Assembly: GCA_030390025.1 (NCBI GenBank)
Contig: CM059432.1
Span: 34,102,001-34,166,000, forward strand
Origin: Squalus acanthias
Lineage: Eukaryota
DNA: 64,000 nucleotides
Direction of reading: 5' to 3'
The notes beneath the pieces were generated by a model. That model made no database searches and was not told where the DNA came from. It saw nothing but the letters and a program-made list of their open reading frames with translations. The first letter of the stretch is position 1; every line of letters starts with the position of its first letter. Both the position numbers and the translations under genes were made by a program. This document shows, piece by piece, positions 25,101-37,030 of the stretch.

Positions 25101-25815
25101 CTACCCCACGGAAGCGGCGTTCTTCTTCAGGTTTGCCTTTCCAGAAGAAGGTGTAGCCACCACCTTGCTCCTTGAGCTGGCCTTCCCCTGCCCGCCGGGT
25201 CTCACTTAGGGCGACGATGTCAATGTCGAAACGTCTGAGCTCCTGGGCAACGATAGCAGTACGGCGTTCCGGTCTGTCACTGTTGGGGTTGTCCATGAGG
25301 GTCCTGACGTGCCAGGTCCCGAACTTCATTTTAAAGGGTGGAAGATGCCTGTGCGTGAATTCTTTTAACGTGGGGTGGCCGTTGCACACCAGCTACCACA
25401 CGGGCTTGACAGAGCAAGGTCTTGGTCCAATGGCAAGGGGATCCAAGACGATTGGAGACCAGGCTCTGCTACAACGGCCTAGCACACACACACAAACATA
25501 ATGCTACAGTCCTCCTCCCTCCGTCCCGCTGGTCCTCTCTGCCTGGGTTTCGTAGGATGCATTGTGGTCCTCCCGATCTCACTGTTGGCCCATGCCGCAC
25601 CTTCCCTGGGCCCCGACCCCGCTGCTGGTCCACGCTGCGCCACTCCTGGGCCTTGACCTCGCTGCTGGGCTCGTCCTCGCTCCTGGATCCCGGCCTCGGA
25701 CATGAATGACGTTGTCTCTCACAGGATCAAATTAGCACTGATATTCTCGCGATCCCTGGCCCCGAACTCCACTCGCGATCCACTAGTCACTAGATCACTA
25801 GTCTAGTGGAGAAGC
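22120..25815 (-). mobile_element. RTE-clade LINE, near full length, frameshifted
   Basis: APE endonuclease (WHVRTLMD..RPERRTA..ALSETR..LGDFNARV..LLDY), RT (NYRGVSLLS..SQCGFR..GVKQG, YADD at 23104-23093) and a C-terminal CCHH finger (CPTC..HLRTH). Simple-repeat tail at 22120-22140; 5' boundary approximate. Confidence 0.92.
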
Positions 25816-27379
25816 ATAGTCTTGACGGCAGAGAGGTCTGGGAATTTGGGAGCTAAGTTTAAGTGAAGAGCCAGTGCTCATTGAGAACAAAGAACAGGCG
25901 TGGTCAGGGGATGGGCAATGGGCTCAGGTAACTTTAACCTTGCAACTTGAACTTGCAGTTAGGGATAAAATGCACCCACTATTAGAGCCAGGGGAACTTA
26001 AACAGCAGAAGAGAGGAGACTGGGGGGGGAAAGAGCAAAGGATGGCAACAGATGGCCAAGGATGGTAAAGGAGCTCCCTCGGGAGCTGCCAGCCCAGGAG
26101 CCATCTTGTTTCTTGAGTCTAGTCGGTATGTGGTAACCTCAGTGCTTAGCCAGAGGAACTGTGGGTCAAGATGTTGGCCCATCCCCAATCCATGTGCCCT
26201 TTGAGTAGGGCTTCACCCTTTGGTATGCAGGATCAATAATGTACCCTTAAGTGATGGCAGGATATTGAGCCACAAGGAGGTGGATATCGTAACCAGGTCT
26301 GATCTTATCACCACTATTTCATCATTATTTCAGTTTGATGGATTGGGGAGGACCAGGGGACATGCATTTAAACTACGTAACAGTAGAAATTGGCTAGATG
26401 TTAGGCGGCTCTTTTTCCAGAGAGTAGTGAGCCTCTGGAATGCGTTGCCAGCTTGTGTGGTTTCTTCTGACTCTAAAGCAAGCGATACCAATTCTTGGCT
26501 GGGGCAGAGATTGCATCATATAGAAGGTAAGTGGATTAACAGTTAGCATAGGCATGGTCAATGTGAGTTCCTGGTCTGGTTTCCATTGCCTGAGGGAGTC
26601 GGAGAGGAATTTCCTGACTTTTTTTCCTCTTATTGGCACTGAATTTTCTTTTCAATTTTTTTTGCCTCTCCCAGGAGATTACGTGGCCGTGGGGTGGGTG
26701 TGGTATGGGGGAGGGTGGTAGGGCGGGAAGTATCTAATCATGATGCTCCAGGCAGCGTGAGTGTGGGGCAGGCTTGATGGACCAGTTGGTCTTTTCCTGC
26801 CCGTCACTTTCGTATGTTTGTATCACTGGATACCCATGCACATGCACCTTCCTGCATGGCTTACTAGATGGCAGTCAGGATCACCAACTATTAGTTCCTC
26901 CTCCCTTTCCCAAAAGCTCTTAGCCAATTATAATGTCCCAGTAACATCCTGCCTGTGATCAATGTAGACCGGGAATCAAACCTGGGATTGGTCTGCTCTG
27001 TGCCTCTGTACGGCAACAAACTCAACTGTCAGGGGAGCCCTTCTCAATTTTCAAAAATCTTGTTCTGTTTCCCCATCTCTCCAGATGTTCTTGTACGTTA
27101 GCATTCCTCTCCCACTACTCACCCTTGCCTGGCTGGGACAGAGGTGTTGGCCCCTGCAATGTGCTGCAGAAGAGTAGAACGCTCCATAGAGCAAAAACCT
27201 CCCCACACAGCCAGTGTGTGTGTGTGTGTGTGTATGAGTCCCATGGTGCCTCAGTGTTGTAGAGTGGGTCTTTGTGTGTCTATTTATGTCTCTTTCTTTG
27301 TATGTAAGGGAGACTCATCGAATGAATCCAGATTCCCAGCCTGGGGAGGAAGGCACTAAATTAACTTGGATATAAGTAC

Positions 27380-27980
27380 TAGAATTATAGAATCTTACAG
27401 CACAGAAAGAGGCCATTTGCCCCATCATACCTGTGCCAACTCATTGAAAGAGCTATCAATTAGTCCCACTCCCCTGCTCTTCCCCATAGCCCTGCAAAAT
27501 TTTCCTTTTCAAGTATATATCCAGTTCCCTTTTTAAAGTTACTATTGAATCTGCTTCCACCACCCTTTCAATCAGTGCATTCCAGATCATAGCAACTTGC
27601 TGCGTAAAATAATTTCTCCTGATCTCCCCCACCTGGTTCTTTTGCCAACTATCTTAATTCTGTGTCCTCTGGGTACAGACCCTCTTGTCAGTGGAAACAG
27701 TTTCTCTTTATTCACTCTATCAAAACCCTTCATAATTTTAAACACCTCTATGAAATCTCCACTTAACCTTCTCTGCTCTAAGGAAAGCAATCTCAGTTTC
27801 TCCATTCTTTCCACATAACTGAAGTCCCTGATACCAGGTATCTTTTTAGTAAATCTCCTCTACACCCTCTCCAAGGCCTTGACATCTTCCTAAAATGTGG
27901 TGCCCCGATTTGGACACAATATTCCAGCTGAGGGCTAACCAGTGATTTATAAAGGTTTGGCATAACTTCCTTGCTTACTG
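27380..27980 (-). mobile_element. CR1 3' fragment; further CR1 fragments at approx. 3640-3800(-), 26340-26830(+), 31340-31930(+), 35845-36357(+), 39460-39730(-), 43070-43400(-), 49635-50098(-), 50380-50580(-), 57945-58140(-)
   Basis: ORF2 C-terminal motifs LEQRRL.GD.IEVFKI, RGH..K and WN.LP, plus CR1 3'UTR and tails. Confidence 0.9.
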
Positions 27981-30900
27981 TAGGATTGCCTTGCAGGCTG
28001 GCATCTGAGCAGCACTAGTAGCACAAATAAAAAGTGAAGATAGGAGGCAGACTTAAAGGGCTGGGGTGTCCAAGATGGTAAATAGCATAGCTGAGGAGTC
28101 AAGTGAGGGCAGTGATGGTTAGGTGTTCCTCTTCAGATTCATGTGCAGTACGACTGGGTTTTACTTCCTCTGTGAAGAGAGCAGATAGCACGATACGAGT
28201 AAACAAGCACATTTATCCATATGTAGAACTGTTGTCATTACAGACACAATTACACTTTCCCTCATCCACGCATGTCCAGTGCTGCGACTGCAGAGTAACA
28301 CTCATGGTTTGTTTGCCTTCATTGTCTTCTCCTCTCAAGTCTTCGGAGTCATTGAAATTCCTTCCGTGGCATACAGCCATGATCGCTACCTCTGTTTAAT
28401 ACTCGAGAGTTGTCCTTCCTGATCAAAAATCTGCCCATATTTCAACATAACAGAGCTTTATTAGTATGTCCAGATGATGAAACAGGTTCACCTCAAAGTC
28501 TGTTGAATCGTTCTTCTTCCGAACTGCGCACTGCGCTGCTGGATTAATTAACATTTTGACATGTTTGCATAGTTTGGTGTCTCATTAGCTGTTTGATAAA
28601 TGTTAGTCTGCTCCTTTTCTGCACTTTTTGCACTCGGACCCCAGCCTGCGACCTCCTTAACATAACTGCAATGAAAGAGAGACACAAGACGTTGGTATTC
28701 TTTTCATTGCACAAGCTGTATCACGATCAGATGCTGAATTCTCCTAGATCACAAGTCTCAAAATGTGATTTTGCTAGCAGGTCATGAGTGATGAAGAACA
28801 AAAAAAAACGACCAGAAGGAAAGTATGACCCGAGGACTGAAGAGGATTGCAGTGAGAGGAAGGAAGTCTTAAAAGAGGAACTGCAGACCAAAATCCCGGG
28901 GGAAATAAAGTTTGGAAAGGAAATGAGAAATTGCAAAAACTGAAAATAAAGGAAGCTGAGAGGTAAAAGGAGCTAGCTAAAAGTAATGCTTTCTTGTGCC
29001 CCACCAGCTTGTACTCATAACCCTTTGCTCTGTTGTCCCATGCCAAGGCATATAATCTAGGTTGGCACGTCGGAGGTGTCATCTTACGGATAAGACGTTA
29101 AACTGAGCCTCCGTCTGCCCTTTCTGGTAGATGCAAAAGATCCCATAGCACCGTTTGCAGGGGAGTTCTCTTGGTGTCCTGGCCAACATTTATCCCTCAA
29201 CCAACACCTAAAACAGATTATCTGGTCATTTATCTCATTGCTGTTTGTGGGACCTTGCTGTGTGCAATTTGACTGCTGTGTTTCCTACATTTCAACAGAG
29301 ACTATGCTTCAAAAATACTTCATTAGCTATAAAGCACTTTGGAATGCCCTGAGGTCATGATAGATGCCATATAAATGCAAGTCTTTCTTTCATATATATG
29401 TGCATTTTACGCATCCATAGTTTTGAGGGGTTGCCAAGCAACAAATGCCCTGAACAACATCTTTTGTGTACACAGCACTGTGTGCCAGCCCCTAGCTCGA
29501 TGGTGGAGTTTATTCAGCGATTATGTGAGTGCACCTGTCATCATATAACATTATTCATAATTTTATATAATAACACAACATTCGTCTAAAAAAGTAGTAT
29601 TCTCAACCAAACTTAGCGTAAAATGGAAAACATGCAGCAGGCCTGGGTGATGTCATGAGTCAGAACTCTATCCATTCACTGCTAGGGTGGGATGGAATAA
29701 ATCTCTCTCTCTAACACTTGTGAAATGTGGAATGAGTTTAACCATACTTCAACCCAATTCTGTATAGTCTGGAGTCTAAATCACAAAACTGCCCCCATTT
29801 CATTCTGCCAGTCTCACTGTGACAGCCCATAAGGTTGGCTAGTCTGGGCAACTGAAATCTCGTATTGGTACAGTAAAGGGTGACTTTCTGATGTTGAGGA
29901 TCGAGTAGAAGGAGATTTAGCCTACCAAGGTGTCACCCGTGGTTCAAGGGTAGCCCTCTCGCCTCTGAGTCAGAAGGTTGTGGGTTCAAGTGAGACTTGA
30001 GCAAAAAACCCCAAGCCGGCACTGCAGTACGGTACTCCGCTGTCAAACGTGCTGCCTTTTTGGTGAGACGATAAACTGAAGCCGAGTCTGCTCTCTCAGA
30101 TGGACATAAAAGATCCTATGCCACTATTTTAAAGCAGAGATGGGGAGGTGTCCTCACCAACATTTATCCCTCAACCTATGCACAAATTGGCTGCTGTGTT
30201 TCCTACATTACAATAGTGACCACATTTCATTGGCTGTAAAGTGTTTTGGGATGTCCTGGGGTCAAGAACAGCCGTTTATAAATGCGAGTTCTTTCTTTCC
30301 CTGACCAATGCTACATGACCTGGAAGTTCTGGATGCTGATATTGGATGCCAAAAGTAGGAAATGCTCCAGGCCTGAGTTTAACATCTCTCACTTTGATGA
30401 GTACAAGTATATACACCACCAATTATTAAGGGTGCAATAGTAGAGTGGTTATGTTACTGGACTAGTAACCCAGAAGCCTGGGCTAATCCAGAGAACCGTG
30501 GCAGTTTGAGAATTTGAATTCAGTTTTGAAAAATCTGAAAATAAAAAGCTGGTATCAGTAAAAGTGACCATGAATCTGGCGGATTGTTGTAAACCTGCCG
30601 TCCTTACCCGGTCTGGTTCATATGTGATTCTGGTCCCACACCAACATGGCTGGCTCTTAACTACCCTCTGATGTGGCCTAGCAAGGCATTTAAATGTATC
30701 AAACCACTACCAGCAGTTTAAGAAGGTCAATCATTACCTTCTTGAGGGTAACTTGGATTGGCAACAAATGCCAACTTTGCCAGTGATGCCCACATCCTAA
30801 GAATGAATTTAAAAAAATTATAGGGTCCACAGTGAAAATCATCGGATTATGAAATTTTTTTTTAAATTATCATTTGAGTTACCTCGAGGTCACTTGACAC

Positions 30901-31491
30901 AAGGACTCATTCCTGTGAACCCATTGCTCATCCATTTTTTTTTTGTTAATACTATGTATGGATTGATTCTTCAAAGTTGGTTCTAGAAGACATGAAGAAA
31001 CTTATCCATTTGTGGTGCAACCACTTCAAGTTCAAAGATGTGATGGTTGGTAGATGGCGTCAATGCCCCAGTGGTGGCCTGCGTTCTCCACATGACCTCC
31101 GCGCCAGGATGTAGTTGCCGACTCAACACACTACACCTTGAAGTGGTAGGGCACGCATGTGCTTATGTCAAGAGCCTTAAAGGTTATCAAGTCCATGTCT
31201 TCCATAGACCATGTATGATCCCTTCTGTTTTGAACTGTACCGTATCCATTTAATCTCATTAGGAAAGGTTCTTAGTTTCCACTTCAGATGAAGTGTTAAA
31301 TCGAGGCCCCATTTGTCTCTTTAAAGATCCCATCGCACTATTTGAAGATGAAATTTAGTATGAACAGATGTAAGGTACTGAACATGACAAGAAAAAATAG
31401 TGGCCCAATAACTAAGGTTGAAGTTCAGAGATCTAGGGGTCTTAGTAGATTCGACACTCAACATTGTGAGGAGCAATCAAAAAGGCAAATC

Positions 31492-31587
31492 TGACGAAAG
31501 GTCATCGACCTGAAACGTTAACTCTGTTTCTCTCTCCACAGATGCTGCCTGACCTGCTGAGTATTTCCAGCATTTTCTGTTTTTATT
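31492..31587 (+). mobile_element. Penelope-type terminal fragment (second family) starting at a hammerhead core, inserted in CR1
   Basis: CUGACGA-a-AGGUC-auc-GACCU-GAAA-CGUU-aacuc at 31491-31524. TSD aagRcaaatc at 31482-31491 and 31588-31597. Interrupts CR1 coding for AIKKAN|QML. Confidence 0.65.
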
Positions 31588-31929
31588 AAGACAAATCAAA
31601 TGTTGAACTTAATAACAAAAACAGTAGAATACAGGTCAGATGTCATGCTCAAACTGTTGAGTGCTCTCGTCAGACCAGACCTTGAGTACTTTGTTCAGTT
31701 TAGGTTACTGAGTTACAAGGGAGACTTTCAAGTTCTGGAGGCAGTTCAGAGAAGGACCACATGCCTGATCTCTAGGTTGGAGCACTGAGTTATGGGGAAA
31801 GACTGGAGGAACTTGGACTTTTTAGCCTTGAAAGGAGGTAACTGAGAGAGGGCCCTGTAGAGAGGCATATAAGATTGTAATTGATATAGAAAAGGTAAAT
31901 CTGGAACACTATTTCAAACTAAACTTAAT

Positions 31930-34158
31930 GGGCTAGAAATGCATTATAGCCAAGGAATGGGCGGTGTCAGTAGAAAAGTTGGAGAATTAGCGCCAGGCGC
32001 AATTGCTTTAGACTGCATGAAAAATTTGTGCTCAATGAAATGATTGGAGTCCTAAACCAAGTCTTAAAACCCAAGCTCATTGGCGTTAGACTTAAAGGGT
32101 GGACCAATATCGGGTGCAGTCCTAATCGCAACTCATCATTGCTCCAGGCTTTTTTCACTACTTAAAGGGGCGGTTCATTGATGCTGCAGCACCTCATTCT
32201 CAGCGTTGCTGGCTGTGCAGCTGTGTCAGCAAGCAGAAGCAGAACAAAGAGAAGGAGCTGGAGGACTGAACCAGGTGTGTTCATGGCAGGTCCACGCCCC
32301 AGGGACAGAACCCACAGATTCTCTGATGAAGCATTAGAGGTATTGGTTTTCGCTGTGGAGAGACAGAGCGCGGAGCTCTACCCGGTAAGTGGCAGGAGGC
32401 CCTTGCCACAAGTCTTCTGCACCATGTGGAGGGAGGTAGCGCAGCATGTCTCGGGCAGCACTGTGGTCCACAGGACCCACACAAAGTGCAGGAAGAAATT
32501 TAATGACCTCACTCGGGTGGTCAGGGTGAGTGAAAGCTTCAACAAATGCTACATACCACCATCTGTACCACAATCTTCACACACTGCCCAAAGCACCCAC
32601 CACAATCTCTACCTAGCAACACTCACACCCACATCACACACCTTGCACACAATGACAGCTATTCAACTATGGCAGGCACATCACCCAAACACATTGCTCC
32701 ACATTCACTCACACACTTTCCTTTCTCTTGAAGGCCAAGGTGGCATACAACAGGAGGGAGCAGGAGCGCACAGGCGGGGAACAAGCCAACACCCAACCAC
32801 GGCCTGCGCTGGAGAATCGAGTGCTGCAAATCATTGGGCACCAGGTGGTGGGCGCCGTGGCCACCGGCGATGTTGAGCCCCTTAGGGACAACAACAGTAT
32901 GTTCATCCCTACTCCTTCTCACAACCCACTTCCCCCTCACCCCACAAGCATTTCGCACTTTCCAGCTAATCATGCTGTATGGATGCATTTCTCCCTTCCT
33001 GCCTCCCTCCCCTTCAACTTAACCCGACTCGTGCCTTTATGCATTCAGATAATCAGCAAGCACATGAGCAGCCTGTCCCTGAGGACACAGTAGAGAGCGA
33101 GGCGGGAGAAGAGGAGGAGGAAGAACACACCGTGTCACTGCATCTTTCACCCACAGATACCAGCTCCGATACTGGCACTACGCATTTTTTAGAAGCTAGT
33201 ATAGTGGCGGGATCTGCACAGGGTGAGTCCCTGGGGATGAGTGGCCTGCAGCAAGGCCAGGGGGCAAGGGTAGTTCGGAGGCCAGCTCCCCAGAGTGCAA
33301 GTTCGCGTGCAAGTTCTATTGAACAGGACTCAGATGAGGACCTCGATGGGGAGGCCTTTAGAAGAAGGGTGATGGCCATGCACACGGAGATGATGGGTGC
33401 AATGGCAAGGGTGCCCAAGAGCCTGTCGGCAATGATAAGGAGCGTGGAGGAGTCCGCCTCCAACATTGCACAAGGCTCTGTGCACACCATGGAGCCCATC
33501 ATTTCCAGTCTGCAAAGGATGGTACACTCACAGAGAGACCGTGGCGACCCAGACCTGATGCCGCGTGTGATGGGCGATCTGGCAGCTTCCATTGCAGCAC
33601 AGGCGGAAGCGACGCAACGTCTTAGTGCTGTAATGCAGTCTATGCTTGGTGGCATCCAATCTCAGACTGCTCTCATGCAGTCTCAGCTTGATGCCACGCA
33701 AGCTCTGACTGCTGCCATCATGGCTGGGTCTACCACCATTGACCGGGCTTTCATGGTGTCACAGCAGGCCAGCAATCTGTGCTCCAACAGATTGCTAGGG
33801 ATGCTGAGGTGCTGTCCCGGGGGTGTGGCAGTGGGTCAATGGAGCAGGAACCTGCTGTCCTCTCTCAGTATGACAGCATTCCTGCTCCCACCACTGCCAC
33901 TCCGCCATTGCCCTTGTCGCTGCCTGTCATCCAGCCAGCCCAGACTGCTGCCGCCCATGCTGAGATGGTGCAGTCTACAGCGTTGCACACTCACTGACGT
34001 CACGATCTACCTTGTGTTGACGTTCCCGGCGATAACTCTTACTGGCAGCGCTACAGGGGGCCGGATTTGGCGTGTGGCGCTGGATTCGCCTCGCCCCGGC
34101 GATACTGGTCTAGCACCCCATTGGCGCCATCTACTGACGCTAACAGGAGGCGATAAGG
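31930..34158 (+). mobile_element. Internally deleted PIF/Harbinger element (Myb/SANT gene kept, transposase lost)
   Basis: Left end gggctagaaat. 33981-34158 is the reverse complement of the left subterminal region of the element at 58293. 33660-33980 matches 64000-63680(-). Confidence 0.85.
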
Positions 34159-34217
34159 GGACAAATTTAGGACTGATGTCAAAAGGCTCTTCACAAACGG
34201 ATGGGACTTCTGGATAG
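32283..34217 (+). CDS. Harbinger-derived Myb/SANT-like (MSANTD-type) protein, exons 32283-32525, 32734-32896, 33049-34217
   Basis: RFSDEALEVLV..W.EVA..V......RT..KCRKKFNDL motif. Canonical splice sites (gtgagt/aag, gtatgt/cag) in phases 0 and 1. The joined frame is open for 524 aa; the last part is frameshifted relative to the paralog after about 33745. Confidence 0.6.
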
Positions 34218-36539
34218 AAGGGTGAGCTAAGATGAGTGTAAAGAAAGAAAGTCTTGCATTTATATAGCACCTTTCACAATCTCAAGACGTTTCAAAGCAC
34301 GTTACTACCAATTTAGTACTTTTGAAGTGTAGTCACTGTCTATGTAGGGAATGCAGCAGCCAATTTGCGCACAGCAAGGTTCCACAAACAGCAATGAGAT
34401 AATGACCAGGTAATCTGCTTAAGTGATGTTGGTTGAGGGATAAATATTGGCCAGGGCTTTGGTGAGAACTTTCCTGCTCTTCTCGAATAATGCCATAGGA
34501 TCTTTTACATCCATCTGAAAGGGCAGACTGGGACTCAGTTTAATGTCTCATCCGAAAGTCTCTTCCTTGTCTCAACATTTCTACGGACGAAATATGCTCG
34601 GGACCATCACATTCCATGAACATGCAGTGAGTTACACAGAGAGGGTGAGCACTATGCAGCAACCTCATGCTTTTCCAGTGAATAAAAGACAGTCTGTTAA
34701 TAGACCAAGCCATGCCCCTCCCTCTCTCTTTCACTCTCTGTAAAGTGTTTTAGATGTCCTGAGGTTGTGAAAGGCACTATAGAAATGCAATTTTTTTTCT
34801 TTCTGTCTTTCTTTCTTTCTTCCCCCTCTTCACAACCAGGTACAGAATACCATTGATAAAGGTCTAGAAGCAAGGCTCCTACTTCATCCTCTTAATTCCA
34901 TGGAGTAGTGCATGCCATGGAGGTGTGTGGGAATAACTGGATAGGGAGAACAACTGAAAACTGAAGCAAAATCTAAAACATCTAGAAACAAAGTATTCAG
35001 GAAAAGAAGTGGAATCATATCTGGGCAAGTGTTGGGAACAACTACTCAAAACACAAAAAACAATTGTTTTATACCCCCTCCAGAATGGTTTCTATGATGA
35101 TTAGATCATCTCATGAATTTTGGAGCTAAACGAAGGAAAGGAGCTCATTAATTCATTTGCTGTGCGAGTGACTCATTTAGCTCCCCGTTTGCTAAATGTC
35201 ACTTACGAAATAAACAGCATCTCTATTCCTTGAGCTCCCACACCATCATGGGATTTATTTACTCAGTACACTTCTAGTGACCTTGGGGTTGAAATCATAT
35301 TGCATTATTAGTAATACGTGTGTTAAAGTGCAAATTATCACATTCCCCTCCCTTCACCAGTTTAACAAGGGATTTAAAATAAACTAGTTGCAGCGGCAGG
35401 CAGAGGGGAATTTTACACTAACGTGTTAACGTGTTCATTGCTAAAATTATGCAGTTTAATTTCAACCCGTTTACTTTTTAATTCATTCTCCAGGTTTGGA
35501 GGACAGCATCAAAGAAGAGTGAAGAGATTACACGGATGGGTTTGACATAGTGCAAGAAAGAAGGTTAAGAATGGATTGAAAAGCATAAGGATGGGTATAG
35601 ATGGCGATGATCAAATCTGGTGTTAAACATGTTGGTCTTGAGCTGCTGGGGACTACAGTCGTGTCCTTGTCAAAATAAGTTATGAGTGTATAAAGTGGGA
35701 TGTGGGCTTTGATGGGCTCTTTGACACCTTGTTTGATTTTCCCATGGGGAAAGGGGCAGGGAAAAACTATTGAAACATTCCTCAAGAGATTAAATGGGCA
35801 GAGTCCTTGATAGCGTGAAATACTTATGTGTAAAATAGTGCAGGCACCAGACTTCAGAAAGGATGTCAAGGCCTTGGAGAGAGTGCAGAGGAGATCCACC
35901 AGAATATTAGGGATGACTGACTTCAGTTATGTGGGGAGTCCAGAGAAACTGCGATTGTTCTCCTTAGAACAGATAAAGTTAAGGGGAGATTTAATAGAGG
36001 TGTTCAAAATGATGAGTTTTGATAAATAGGGAGAAACAATTTCCCCTGGCAGGAGGGTCAGTAACCAGAGGACACTGATTCACAATAATTTGCAAAAGAA
36101 CGACAGAGGAGATAAGGAGTCAATTTTTTACGCAGTGAGTTGTTATGATCTGGAATGCACTGCCTGAAAGGGTGGTGGAAACAGATCCAACAGTAACTTT
36201 CAAAAGGGAATTGAATATATACTTGATACGGAAAAATCTGCAGGACTATGTGGAAAGAGCGGGGTGAGTGGGACTAATTGGATAGCTCTTTCAATGAGCT
36301 GGCACAGGTATGATGGGGCGAATGGCCTCCTCTGTGCTGTAAGATTATATGATTCTACATCTGTACCTGGGGTGTTTCGCCGATCTTCCACCGAAGCTAC
36401 GGTGACCGATCAGGAGAACTCCTGAAGAAATTTTCAGTGTTGGAGACAAGTCTATGAACAATAATCTTGGACATCTTGACTGGGCTTTACTGTAACATTC
36501 TCCCCCACTCCCCCCCCCACCCCCCACCCAATCAATTCA

Positions 36540-37030
36540 GGTCTGAACCTTTCTTTGAGGATGCCAATGGTCTGCTCTACCAAGACCCGAGTAACTGAAT
36601 GCTCCACGTTATGTCGCTCTTCTGATCTTGGCTTTGGGTTTCTCAATGGGGTAAGCAGCCATCCATCTGGTTGTACTGGCATTTCAAATAATGATGCAAC
36701 TATGGATTGGTGTAAAGTAAATGAGTGGTGGCAACTACCAGGGTAGTGGTCATCATTCTGTACATATGGTCACAGCGCAACTGCACATTCATGGAATGGA
36801 ACCCCTTTCTGTTCAGGGAGGAAGCATGCATCATCGTGCCCTACACTATCAGGAGACACAGTCGGACAGTCAAAGTGCTGGGAAATCTCATGCTGCTGGT
36901 TGCTTTCCATGGGGAAATTGAGCGGTGGGGACAAACAAGGCATCTATGACTTACATTTTACAACTGTGCAGGTTGAGAGATTTGGCAGATATCTCCCGCT
37001 GTTCCTCGGAAGGACCCAGCAGCATAAAAG
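36540..37030 (-). pseudogene. Degraded Harbinger (HARBI1-type) transposase fragment
   Basis: Remnants NRKGFHSMNVQL.CDH, WLLTPLRNP and VEQTIGILKERF. Confidence 0.8.

Noticed and set aside
34161..34180. Right TIR of the 31930 Harbinger (aaatttaggac)
   Set aside because: Reads as resumed CR1 sequence (KFRTDVKR), so the true TIR appears deleted.
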